IMG/VR virus record: IMGVR_UViG_3300028388_005362
Location: 1 to 64,000 of that record
DNA length: 64,000 nucleotides
Reading direction: 5' to 3' (one strand)
DNA from: a virus
Positions within the stretch are counted from its first letter, which is position 1; each line of letters opens with the position of its first letter. Made by a program: the position numbers and the translations under genes. Below the pieces are notes generated by a model. It saw nothing but the letters and a program-made list of their open reading frames with translations. It had not been told where the DNA came from and did not search any database. Shown here in pieces: positions 19,601 through 28,200 of this stretch.

Positions 19601-21076
19601 TTGGGAGAAGACCTGGATTACTTGGGTTCTTACTTCTGGAGGGTTACTGCATCGAATGCCTGGAGAGCCACTCAGTCAGATGTTTCTGCCTTTGTAGTAG
19701 AAGACGCTGCAGAGCCTACGATTCCTGTATTGGGTTCTCCAACTCCTGACCAGAACGATGTGAGTACTACGCCTACATTCCAGTGGTCCAATACCTTCAA
19801 CACAGAGAACTACCACTTGCAGGTATCTCAGGACATCACCTTTGCAAATCAGAGTTTGCTGGTGATAGATGAAGCTCTACTGACCCAGAGCGAGTTTACA
19901 GTCAGCGAGGCGCTGGTTTATCTGACCAAGTACTACTGGAGGGTCAAGGCTACCAACGCTTATAAAGAGAGTGCATGGACAACTGCCCAGCCGTTCATTA
20001 CAACCGATGGTCCTACACCTACTCAGGTGATACAGACCTATCCGGAGGATGGTCAGGTCAATGTGCCTAAGAATACTTCCCTGGTATGGAGACCTTCCAG
20101 CAAGGCTACCTATTACGATCTGGAGATCTCTCCGAATGTGGACTTTATTGGAGCTCGCCAGGTTCAGCTGAACTCTGGTACTCAATACGATGTCTCCGAG
20201 ATAGTTGTCAACAATGACAAGTATTTCTGGAGGGTTCGCGGAGTTAATGTAGCTGACCAAACCTACGTAGGTGACTGGTCTACCATCCGCTCCTTCAGGA
20301 TTGAAAGCGAACAGGCAGAACAGGACCCAAGTGGTGCCCGTCCTGCTTCCAGTATTCAGTTCGACCTGGTGGGATGCAACAGCTTTATCTTCGAACATCA
20401 CTACCGTCTGACGGTATATCCGATAACTCAGAAAGCCCTGACCATCACATTCCCTGACGGAAACGTGCTGCGTTATGCCGAGAAAGCAGAAACCTTCCCA
20501 GAGCTTAACAGCGGTACGGGACTACTGGGTGAGCTGTCTCAGCGCATTTTGGGAGACCTCGATGAATTGGGATACAACACAGGTGCTCCGACCAACATCA
20601 TCATGATGGATTCAGATACCATCAAAAACGATGTGGCGCTCTTCCCTGATATGTTCACCGATGCCAACGGTTTTCCGGCTGCTTACAACTACTCCAGTCT
20701 TCCTGACGGTGTCTACCAGATAGACTTCACCTACCAGGTGGCTGCAGTTGTATCGGAAAGTGAAGCCGCTGCTGAAGTCAAATCAGTGGATGGTAAATCT
20801 ACCCAGTTCACCTTCCGCAAGGAGGTGATGAATACTTGCCTGAGTGATGCCTGCATCAACTCCAAGATTGAGAAGATGTACGAGATACGCTGCAAGGACC
20901 CCATGCGCTGCAATGAGCGTGAGGCGATCCGCAGTCTTATCATGGATGCCACACTTTTAAAAGAAGGCGCAGCAATCGACTTCTCTGAAGGCAGGTTCGC
21001 AAATGCAAATGATAAACTCACCGCGCTGAAGCATTTGTGCTCCACCGGTGAGCTGATCTATAAAAAAGGATGCTAA
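13649..21076 (+). CDS. Giant FN3-repeat tail protein with an inserted polysaccharide deacetylase-like domain and a C-terminal tail-hub-like domain
   Basis: 16 ~95-aa repeats (P.L.SP.NG...PTF.W...Y.L.VS....F...YYWRVRA.N..G.S.WS...FTT), two loop insertions, and a Cys-containing helical C-terminus after DGVYQIDFTY. Confidence 0.8.
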   Translation: MAWSVALNSPANNAVDVDLQPTFTWTKSQSQAGGGAPIFINVYEQPGSPGIPATETVGGVFWTSVPAGTGGNAITNVKDGDGNATTVDVEMRTGWDYGGINSANVTTPSTGPFASDSIAKSFGQDYGGGAFIDLAGLEPNGSYTIYVLAAGAAGSGNIFDIHNEVEAATAGIQNYDAHGVTVPETYQELPNFTTTADGAGDLAIEFNGQFWAMVNAIVIEPASTPDPEPSSVLRVSLSSNLSAPAVEKTLATAETYTLLAGEALAENDGYFWGVSLDGGSTFDTIRSFTTLSNNPLTAPVLTGPADGATEVLRTPTFSWVPTDAATLFDLEVSLNSDFSGTLGVDRWLIENHNTNSYTWVTEFAKEETVYWRVRSTDNIEYNSPWSTSRSFTTRYGVPDAPVLSSPGDGASGVSLSNTFSWTNGGGATEYDIYIDTDSNFSSPAVATALGTTSYTAQVGDMDNSRVYFWKVVARNAYGTAESAVRGFTSAAPNVPNPPGLQSPKNGAVDQYVRPEFDWIASPGATKYNIEIADNPSFTNAITYNDHISTSITINEYLETGTLYYWRVAAGNANGYGSFSSANTFTTQAVQQTNTPVLVSPANNATDQPLQPTFDWDWTAPQAGGGTNYGPLPEASTRNISSIVIDFSSAPSYVNVGLAPLKYNKTGVVTAAIDDSERDAYTSAFQTAQSTFFTDGCGNDIPFSFALAHYIIGYQNKDVHSHPDYSFKYTWAEMAEMAVKGTIPANHGLSDAGDNLALADAYTKWKLSRSQHFPSGLVRGFDQKWYVGTNGADVSAQALANGAYGCDAANYGSQGRTFATGGENLYNSITPETFFAKTYRRFEVQYDDAVNAINAAGATTRPWLNYGFHGGAALSSLINTVASAHGKSGSDKVWFCSQQELIEYMFIREYLRVPHTVNGNQVTITVDQSSVPGDLMFYAATLLVDTDANISNITINGGINTGIKKNSYKITGQDAMINLEWNGNDYTARETMASDKVTIAEGNNTQENREIAQAYVNLVPSGSARTTLDGRMAALGSTTYVASEDPGNIDEAAGVVWDPENLTMKFELRVYPDGGDINSPTVEVTDIVGTAHNLTSNLADRTDYDWSVRAKNEVFESAWANARNFTTVFGPPDAPTLVDPTDGAGGVSTNPLLQWAASGEVDGFVLQLTSNFVGQTPQWTGLVVDENETTLLGNARDYQVTGLSFNTQYAWRIMAKNSYGDSAYAVGTFTTGSVPAPDAPTPLSPANGSADIAVNAALNWNSALRASYYRVRIIDHNTGQTVVETTQLPGTTYSLGSTTGINYDTTYRWQVLAGNDTGESPWSSTWYFTTSSRPLPGQTVLISPSNNASAQEVQPTFTWASDANAEDYTLEVSTDNLDFDANIVYTVDTAGTSHQVSTQLNYLTTYYWRVKARNSSGYGPASTIRTFTVKAIPVPGQPTLLTPAQFSTDLSALPNFTWVDEPLSDSYILQVKKITESWATAKSFTPGAATYTIQQADALDFSEEYQWRVAGVNASGTGTYSTIRNFTVQSIPAPGTPTQQAPSGNGIAVRPSFTWDTVQYADQYELELWEEGKTKATLIPDCNAGCTEYALLYDLKYDTNYYWRMRAGNSTGWSPWGPDQLFRVGTPPVLSAPVHETPVDGSTNMPNQPSVSWAHAESVDEFEVEFATDAGFTNVFESATLNESQRIYQIQTVLSYSTTYYWRVRAAKFYNSGDYRHLSAYSNGWSFTVEDPPVPGTPTISYPTGIDSPRQPLVQWNDTVDTDTWDIDIADDAGFSNIIYTATGLTASQYQIPAKLAYNTTYYIRVRSVNSFGTSVWAEESFTTIELLAPGTPTINTPSNGDVGVSRDVTVSWTLASSSDEYELQISTDNAFTAPVVYDNLGSLDYTFSNLTYLDTYYVRVRGKNEAYQGSWSAVVGFTVEEPPTPGKPNLLAPADNDENVSRSVTFQWSQVVNTDTFLVEIATDGSMSNIVYTRNVGSDVQQLALGEDLDYLGSYFWRVTASNAWRATQSDVSAFVVEDAAEPTIPVLGSPTPDQNDVSTTPTFQWSNTFNTENYHLQVSQDITFANQSLLVIDEALLTQSEFTVSEALVYLTKYYWRVKATNAYKESAWTTAQPFITTDGPTPTQVIQTYPEDGQVNVPKNTSLVWRPSSKATYYDLEISPNVDFIGARQVQLNSGTQYDVSEIVVNNDKYFWRVRGVNVADQTYVGDWSTIRSFRIESEQAEQDPSGARPASSIQFDLVGCNSFIFEHHYRLTVYPITQKALTITFPDGNVLRYAEKAETFPELNSGTGLLGELSQRILGDLDELGYNTGAPTNIIMMDSDTIKNDVALFPDMFTDANGFPAAYNYSSLPDGVYQIDFTYQVAAVVSESEAAAEVKSVDGKSTQFTFRKEVMNTCLSDACINSKIEKMYEIRCKDPMRCNEREAIRSLIMDATLLKEGAAIDFSEGRFANANDKLTALKHLCSTGELIYKKGC

Positions 21077-21934
21077 ATGAAAGAATCACTCGACCCACGG
21101 GACTATACCAACAAACAGGATTTCTTCAAGGTACTGGACGATGAGTTCCAGTCTTTGACCCTGGAGTTGGCGCAAGCCATGCGCTATTCATTGTGCACCC
21201 AGGAAATCTCCCGACAGCTCACTGAGATGAAGCTGTTGGCAATGGAGCAGGGCTATGAACTTCAGCAAGGAGTCAAGGGTCCTCAGACCTACAAGATAAC
21301 CGTGGTGGAATACGACGGTGCAGGGGGGTATTTCTTCCTTAACGGATTTTACCGCAAGCCTGGCAACAAGGTTTTATTTACCATCGTACCTCCAACAGGT
21401 GCACGGGTCAAGAGTGTGAAGATTGGAGAGGAGACCATATTGGGGGTGAGCATGTTTGAATTCTACATGCCTTCCCAAGATGTCACCGTGGAAATTCGCT
21501 ACGAGTCTTTGGATTTGTTCGATGTCAACTACACGGTAGAATGGAGCGATCTTTCTTGTACTGTACAGCTTTACACCTACCAGTTGGGCTGGAGTGATAG
21601 GGTATGTGTAGGACAAGGAGCATTCTTTACTGTCCAGTGGAACGACCAGGTATGTCTGGTGACCGGAAGCGAATACTTCACTCAGTGGAGTGACATCGTT
21701 TGTGTTGTTTCTGCTTCTGCATTCCAGACTCAATGGAGTGACCCTGCATGTGTAGTGACTCCTACAAATGACTACAACATTCGATTCACTGATCCTGAAT
21801 GCGTCGTAGAGGAAAGCAACTATCGTGTGGACTGGACATCACGTGTATGTGAGGCGCAATCAGCAGATTATTCGGTTCGTTGGGAAGACCCTGAGTGCGC
21901 AGTCACAGATACTCAAACCGGGAATATTAACTAA
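21077..21934 (+). CDS. Tail-associated protein with a beta-repeat domain and eight (Y/F)xxxW(S/T)DxxC repeats
   Basis: Repeats are visible in the translation between about 21530 and 21900. Confidence 0.7.
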   Translation: MKESLDPRDYTNKQDFFKVLDDEFQSLTLELAQAMRYSLCTQEISRQLTEMKLLAMEQGYELQQGVKGPQTYKITVVEYDGAGGYFFLNGFYRKPGNKVLFTIVPPTGARVKSVKIGEETILGVSMFEFYMPSQDVTVEIRYESLDLFDVNYTVEWSDLSCTVQLYTYQLGWSDRVCVGQGAFFTVQWNDQVCLVTGSEYFTQWSDIVCVVSASAFQTQWSDPACVVTPTNDYNIRFTDPECVVEESNYRVDWTSRVCEAQSADYSVRWEDPECAVTDTQTGNIN

Positions 21935-21948
21935 TAAACAATAATAAA

Positions 21949-22284
21949 ATGGCTTACGTACAGAATGGTAAGTTTCGCTGTAAAACCGCAACGGTGAATT
22001 ACCTCGATGGCAACGGTCAGAATCTGGCTGGCTATCCCAAGACCTACAACTTCTTGGCTTCTTTCACATTCAACTCAGTGACCTACCCGGTCATAACGGA
22101 GAATCAATTGAAGACAATGAGTGACTCTGACTACCAAACCCGTCTGGCTGCCTTTAACGGTTATCTGGAATTCCAGAACACCGGCTTAAATGCGGCTGGT
22201 TCCGTGGAAACTGGTTTTGAACCTCATGGAGTTTCTCCTTCTTGCCCTGTTGGACAGATCATTGAAATCGCAGACCCGGTGTAA
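21949..22284 (+). CDS. Small putative fibre-associated protein
   Basis: GYPKTYN...MSDSDYQTRLAAF...SCP; 111 aa with an A-rich leader. Confidence 0.7.
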   Translation: MAYVQNGKFRCKTATVNYLDGNGQNLAGYPKTYNFLASFTFNSVTYPVITENQLKTMSDSDYQTRLAAFNGYLEFQNTGLNAAGSVETGFEPHGVSPSCPVGQIIEIADPV

Positions 22285-22499
22285 TGAAACTGGTCAATAG
22301 CTGGAAGGCTAAGAACAAACAGAGCGACAAGTTCAGCCTCAAGTTGAGGCTGGGCTTGCTCACTGTGATCGACATCTACGGGGATTTTTCCCGCAGGACT
22401 TTCGGCCTGATGGTATTCAACTTTGGAATCAAAACCACCCCCAATGGCAACACAAAATCAAATCGTATACGACATTGCCGAGACCATAGGAGCTGCTGA
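22284..22499 (+). CDS. Hypothetical protein
   Basis: TAATG-coupled 71-aa ORF. Confidence 0.55.
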   Translation: MKLVNSWKAKNKQSDKFSLKLRLGLLTVIDIYGDFSRRTFGLMVFNFGIKTTPNGNTKSNRIRHCRDHRSC

Positions 22500-23073
22500 A
22501 GATCCTATCATGCTCGCAAGGCTTGCCTTAAAGGTTCAGTCCTATCGCTCTTTATTGCTTAGAAGAGATGCCGAAAGAACTGGACTTGTGCCCCGTGCCG
22601 CTCTTCAGACCCTTAAATGTGTCGAGATGGAGCGGGTATCTGCATCCGGACTTCCTGGAATGAAAACCGACAAGGTCACCCGCAGCAAGAAAAGACTTCC
22701 CCAGACAGTCAACCTGAAAGGCTCTGATGGAATCCAGGCTGTTAAGACCATTGACGGACGAAGAACTTATGGCAGAATTCAGCCGGCTCAGGTAGCCTAT
22801 GTTGAGTTCTCACGTTACGCTTCCAAGCGTCCCAGTTTCTACTTCAAGGATGGGTATTTGTATATCCACGAGGACTTCCCACAGATGGTAGATCTGGAAG
22901 CCGCCTTTGAAGACCCTACCGAACTTGCCCGATGGAAAGACTGTTCCGGCAAGGCCCAGTACGACCCTGAGCAAGATTATCCTGTACCCGCAGATATGGT
23001 ACAGCGCATCACTCAGAGCATCCTCTCAGAAATAACCCCTTCAGAAGATAAACAAGTAGAAATAAATGACTGA
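22444..23073 (+). CDS. Tail ring protein
   Basis: MATQNQIVYDI...YRSLLLRRD...FEDP...DYPVPADMVQRITQSIL. Confidence 0.75.
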   Translation: MATQNQIVYDIAETIGAAEDPIMLARLALKVQSYRSLLLRRDAERTGLVPRAALQTLKCVEMERVSASGLPGMKTDKVTRSKKRLPQTVNLKGSDGIQAVKTIDGRRTYGRIQPAQVAYVEFSRYASKRPSFYFKDGYLYIHEDFPQMVDLEAAFEDPTELARWKDCSGKAQYDPEQDYPVPADMVQRITQSILSEITPSEDKQVEIND

Positions 23074-23509
23074 TAAGCAGACTCATACCACAGAAGATAT
23101 GTACCGGTTCTTTAAGAAAAAGTATCCGGATTCAGATGTAACCTTTCTTCAGTTCCGATATACTATCGGACAGTTCAACAAGAAGTTGGTCGATGCCTTA
23201 CTGGAAGGTAAGACCATCAACCTGGGTAAAAACCTGGGCAGATTGCGCATCCGCAGGATTGAAAGAAATTTTGAGACTCCTCGGATAAACCATTTTGAAA
23301 CCCAGAAGCTCAAGGCTCAAGGCATCGACAAGACCGTATACTTCACCGACCCATACTACTTTAGGTTTGGATGGGAGAAGAAATATGCCAAGGTCAAGAA
23401 CAAGAGCGTCTACAAATTTAAACCCACCGGCGGACCCAGCGGCAACCGAAAGAAGCTGTCCCGCCTATTAAGAGAAGACGAATTTGCTCAACTAAACTTC
23501 AAACCATGA
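23066..23509 (+). CDS. IHF/HU-like protein of crAss tail modules
   Basis: FNKKLVDALLEGKTINLGKNLGRLRI...YFRFGWEK...KNKSVYKFKPT. Confidence 0.75.
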   Translation: MTDKQTHTTEDMYRFFKKKYPDSDVTFLQFRYTIGQFNKKLVDALLEGKTINLGKNLGRLRIRRIERNFETPRINHFETQKLKAQGIDKTVYFTDPYYFRFGWEKKYAKVKNKSVYKFKPTGGPSGNRKKLSRLLREDEFAQLNFKP

Positions 23510-24555
23510 ACCTGAAGAAAACCATTGACAAGTACATTGAGGAGTATTCCAACGCATCACACATCGAAGTTGCACGGATGATCCTGGAAGACGACGACAG
23601 CATCTCTAAATCCGTCCGTCATTTACGCAGGCTGGTCTCTCAGCGAAGAGCTGAGCTGGAACCAGACAAACCTGTGATGCAACAAGCCCTCGAAGAAGTG
23701 GCGGATGAGTCCGATACTCCTGCCTGGAGACGTATGGCAGATTGGGCTATCGAGGGACAATCCATCAAAGAGGACCTCAATGTAAATGCGTCCTCACACT
23801 ACACCATTGACTTTTCTCACCTGACCAAACCTATCGTGGTCATCTCTTTGAGTGACACACACTTTGGCGGTTGGGGAATGGACTACGAGCGTCTGAAGAT
23901 AATCACAGACGAACTGCTTAACAATGACAATCTGTATGCTACTCTGGACGGAGACATCATCAACCTGGCTATCAAGCGCAGGGGGATGAGCGAGCTGAAA
24001 GAGGACGTACTGCCCCCGTCCATGCAGGAGGATTTCCTTCTGAGCTGGTTGGATGAAGTACAGCACAAGATTCTTTGGTTCGGTTGGGGTAACCATGACG
24101 CCATGCGATATGAAAATGCTCTGGGCTACGACCCGCTGAGCAAGCAGATCGCACGCGACAGAATGATTCCTTACAACAAAGGCATTGCACATGTTGACCT
24201 GAAGGTGGGACAGGAAACTTACAAGATAGCTGTCTCGCACTTCTTCTTAGGCCGCTCATATCTCAACCCTCTGCACTCTCAGCAGCGTTACATGCGCTTC
24301 CAGGGACTGGACAGGGAGATCTGTATTGCCGGTCATACACATACGCCCGCTCTGGCATCATACTTTGATGGTCCCATGAAGCGATTGGCGATAAACAACG
24401 GTACGTTGTACACCAATTCCAGCTACGCCAAACGATTTTTCTCATTATACACCATGCCTATGTACCCGGCTATTGAGTTGTATCCCAATGAGCACCGGTT
24501 CAACGGATACCTTTCACTGGGTGACTGGTTAAATTCATCCCGACATGCAGCCTAA
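23506..24555 (+). CDS. Calcineurin-like metallophosphoesterase with N-terminal helical extension
   Basis: Motifs LSDTHFG, DGDIIN, GNHD, SH and GHTH. Confidence 0.85.
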   Translation: MNLKKTIDKYIEEYSNASHIEVARMILEDDDSISKSVRHLRRLVSQRRAELEPDKPVMQQALEEVADESDTPAWRRMADWAIEGQSIKEDLNVNASSHYTIDFSHLTKPIVVISLSDTHFGGWGMDYERLKIITDELLNNDNLYATLDGDIINLAIKRRGMSELKEDVLPPSMQEDFLLSWLDEVQHKILWFGWGNHDAMRYENALGYDPLSKQIARDRMIPYNKGIAHVDLKVGQETYKIAVSHFFLGRSYLNPLHSQQRYMRFQGLDREICIAGHTHTPALASYFDGPMKRLAINNGTLYTNSSYAKRFFSLYTMPMYPAIELYPNEHRFNGYLSLGDWLNSSRHAA

Positions 24556-25276
24556 CATTTCCTCAAAAGCGGTATTGGATAAGGTCTACCGTGACCTTAA
24601 ACCCAAGGACACTACCTGGGAAGTTGACGCCCTGGAGTGGATTGGAGAAGCCATTGAATATATCGGACATCATAGCGGTTTTGTCCCCAAAAGGAAGGTC
24701 CTGAACGTTGATTCGTTCAGGGCCGCCTTGCCTTGTGATTACTATGCGGTAAGACCCAGGGGAGTACGCAAAGACGGTGTTCCTCTGGTATACGGGCCGA
24801 ACGGACATACCTATGAGCCGGATGATATGGCAACCTATATTTCCGCCAAGCAGGTAGTTCTTCCCTCGGATAATTTCACCGTTACCCGTTATGGAAGCGC
24901 ATTGGTCAAGGGTCAATCCACAAGTGATTACTATCAACTCCAGGGGCTCAGCTATCTGGTCACCTCCTTTGAACAGGGAGAGGTGGAGCTGTTGTACTAC
25001 GGCTTCCCCATGGATGAAGACGGATACCCGACCATACCCAATACCATCTACTATAAGGAGGCATTGTTCTGGTATATCCTCGCCAAGATGATCATGGGAG
25101 GTTTCATCCATCCAATGTTCTCCTATGATTACTGCGATGCCAAGTGGAAGCATTATTGCACGGCAGCCGCCAACGACCTCTCGTATCCAACGCCGGATAA
25201 GTTCCAGGCGTTCACCAACGGGTGGGTCCGTATGATACCCAACTATCCTCAAAGGACTTCAAACGATATTGAGTAA
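24545..25276 (+). CDS. Tail tubular/ring protein
   Basis: EWIGEAIEYIG...TSFEQGEVELLYYGFPMDEDGYPTIP...YKEALFWYI. Confidence 0.8.
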   Translation: MQPNISSKAVLDKVYRDLKPKDTTWEVDALEWIGEAIEYIGHHSGFVPKRKVLNVDSFRAALPCDYYAVRPRGVRKDGVPLVYGPNGHTYEPDDMATYISAKQVVLPSDNFTVTRYGSALVKGQSTSDYYQLQGLSYLVTSFEQGEVELLYYGFPMDEDGYPTIPNTIYYKEALFWYILAKMIMGGFIHPMFSYDYCDAKWKHYCTAAANDLSYPTPDKFQAFTNGWVRMIPNYPQRTSNDIE

Positions 25277-28200
25277 TGTATAAAGGAATCGTAAACGATG
25301 TACATCCAACCGCTCAGCCGGAAGCAACGTATCGCTGGGCGGTCAACAAGATGGTTACCAACCGCTTCGATGCGTTAAGCGACGCATATCCTGTGGTTAA
25401 GCAGCAGCTTTTCTCCCGTCCGGAGGTAGGAGATTTTCAGGTCATAGGCAAGATCCCTTTAACCGAAGGTGATCACGCCCTTATGCTGTCGGTACGGGGC
25501 AGGGGGTACCCGGACTTCTCTGAGTTGGGAATCCTCAGTCAGGCGGGTGTGTACACTCCTGTCATCAAGGATAAGCTGTTGGATTACCTACCCACGGATT
25601 ACATCAAAGGTTCCTGTATTACCAATTTCGATGGCTCCCGTTCGGTGGTGTATACCAACGGAAGGGGCCCTGTTCGTTTGATAAATGTTGACCGTCCGGG
25701 GGTTGAGCTGGATACCAATCTGGCTTTGAAATATCCTCAGGAAATTGTACTGCTGAATTTCTTTCCTGCAGCCAATGTCCCTTATATGGATAAGGTACGC
25801 ATCAACGATGCAGGGGGTATGATAGCTTCCGGGGTGTATTCCATAGCTATCCAGTATGAGATAGAGGACGGAGGATTCACCAATTTCATTTATACCTACA
25901 ACCCCATCCCCATCACGGATTCCAAGGAAGCTGAAGGATTCAATGAATATGGGGGGTGTGATGCAGGTACGATAACTTCCAAGAGCATCACCATGCAGCT
26001 TTCCAATCTGGATACCCGATACGATCGCTTCCGGGTTGCTGTGGTGAAGACCATAGGTGGAGTGACTTCTGCGGAAATCATTTCCACACTCGATGTACCC
26101 GAAAGCGGAGTAAGGGAATTCACTTACACGGGCGGAGAGGTTGCTGAGCCCATACCCACAGAAGATGTACTGGTTGGCTTTGCTTCTTACGACAGGGTGG
26201 ATGCGTTGACCTTCGATGGATACAAGCTATGGTTGGCAGGGCTGCACCGTGACGAGATTCAAAGTGCCCAAGAGTCAGCCAATAATATTTCAGTTAAGTG
26301 GGCCTATGAGGATACCGTATCCCTCAACGGGGTAAGGGGTAGCTTCAAGGATGGAGCCACTGTATTTTTACGTAAATCATTTTTACCAGATGAAGTTTAT
26401 GCTTTCTATATTGCATGGAAACTTTTGGACGGATCTTACTCTTCCGCTTACCATATTCCTGGTCGCCCAGTTGACGTGGTTAGTGTTGGCGGTAATAGCT
26501 ATGCCGAGAACGAGAAGATTGCAACTATCAAAGCGGCAGTGGGCTCGCCTGCTGGGGACCACCTCGATGAAGACATCCTCATTGACCCCAACATTAAGTA
26601 CTTCCATACGCGGGACACGTCTAAGAACGACGGGACTCTTGGATACTGGGAGAACGAAGAGCAGTACCCGGACTGGTTTCCAGGACTCGGAGGACAGAAC
26701 GTTCGCCACCACAAAATGCCGTCTCTAAAGACACTGGACACCAAAGGATTCATTGAGACTTCTGCCGGTGGCAGCACCGCAGGGGGTTCTGCTTCTTTCT
26801 CTGCAGATCTTACCCTGGATGACCCTCCGGCTATCGATACTACCATCACCAACAATATTCCAGTTGAGCTGGCTTCTGTGGGGGGAGACTACATCGAATT
26901 CACCGAGGATGTCAAAGCCACTCTCAAATGGGATGTGGACGTGACCACCGAAGGATTCGGTTATGCCCGTGCCAAGGTTCAGTACGTGATTCGTGAAACA
27001 GCGACCAATCAACTTATCCGGGTATTGGGAACCAATGAGCAGGAAGTAGACCAGCTTATTGAAGACTTTCCGGAGTGGCAGCCGCATGTATCAGCCACAG
27101 CCCTTATCAAGGGAGAAGAGGTGGTGGATATTCAGGCGGGATGGAAGATAGGGTTTGAGTTCGAAGGTGAGGGTGACTACATCAACGTATTCTTCAGGCC
27201 CACAGACGTGACTGTCTCTCAGGCTGGAGGAGAACTTGAGGTTGCTGGTACACGCTTTACCAAATCCCTGGGAATTCAGTTGGAAGGAATCACTGTTCCT
27301 GCAGCCTTGGAAGGTAAGGTACAGGGCTTTGAGATATTCTATGCCAAGCGGACATTGGGTAACTCCACGGTGGTAAGCCAGAGTGCACTGTTTGGAACCA
27401 TCGGAGACAACCCTGCAACACCCACAGGTACCAACTTCTACAACTTCCGTTTCCATGGGCCGGATCTTCTGGCGAATGAAGCCTACCCTGGAGTAGCGAT
27501 CACTCACCTAAAGAGGGACTTCACTATCGGGGGCAACCAGTTCTCTGAAGCGTCGACCTACACAGCCAACGGAAACGACAATCTTCACCAGGTACGGGAA
27601 CACTCGTATACCCCACACGATGAATTCAAGCGGGAAGCAGCTTTACTGTTGGAGACCACCAACCCAATCGATATGGATTCTCTGCAGTTGGCTACCCTGC
27701 ACTCCTTTAAAAAGAACGCGTATTCCTTGTTCACCGAACAGGAGTTGGTATCCACCGGTCGTGTATTCCCCTACACCACAGAGTCCACTCCACGCGTGTA
27801 CGGAGGAGACCAGCACATCAGTGTATATGGAGTCCGTTTGACTCCTGGAACTTCTGCCAAGGTATATTCCTTTGTTGTCTTCTCTGCGGTCAATGCAGGT
27901 CTACGACAGGAAGGAGAGGGTTATGGGGAGAAGTACTTTCCCAAGAGTACCATTCCTGATGATTTTGGTACAGTGCCCGAAGGTATCACAGCGGATGACA
28001 TCTCCAACTACGTGGAGATAAACCCTGATTACACCAAAGTAAACGAATACAACCGGGCCTATCCTTTCAACGGCGGGCTCAAGCGTATCAATGATTTCCC
28101 CCAGCGTATCGCTGGAAGCCCAGTTCTGAAGAGTGAGGGAGAGGCTGGACTTCTCAGGGCAATCCTTCCGGGAGATTACTACGACATCTCCAAGTACAGG

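Noticed and set aside
13649-21934. Diversity-generating retroelement or invertase shufflon acting on tail genes
   Set aside because: No reverse transcriptase, recombinase or near-identical nucleotide repeat pair was seen. The repeats are diverged at the DNA level.
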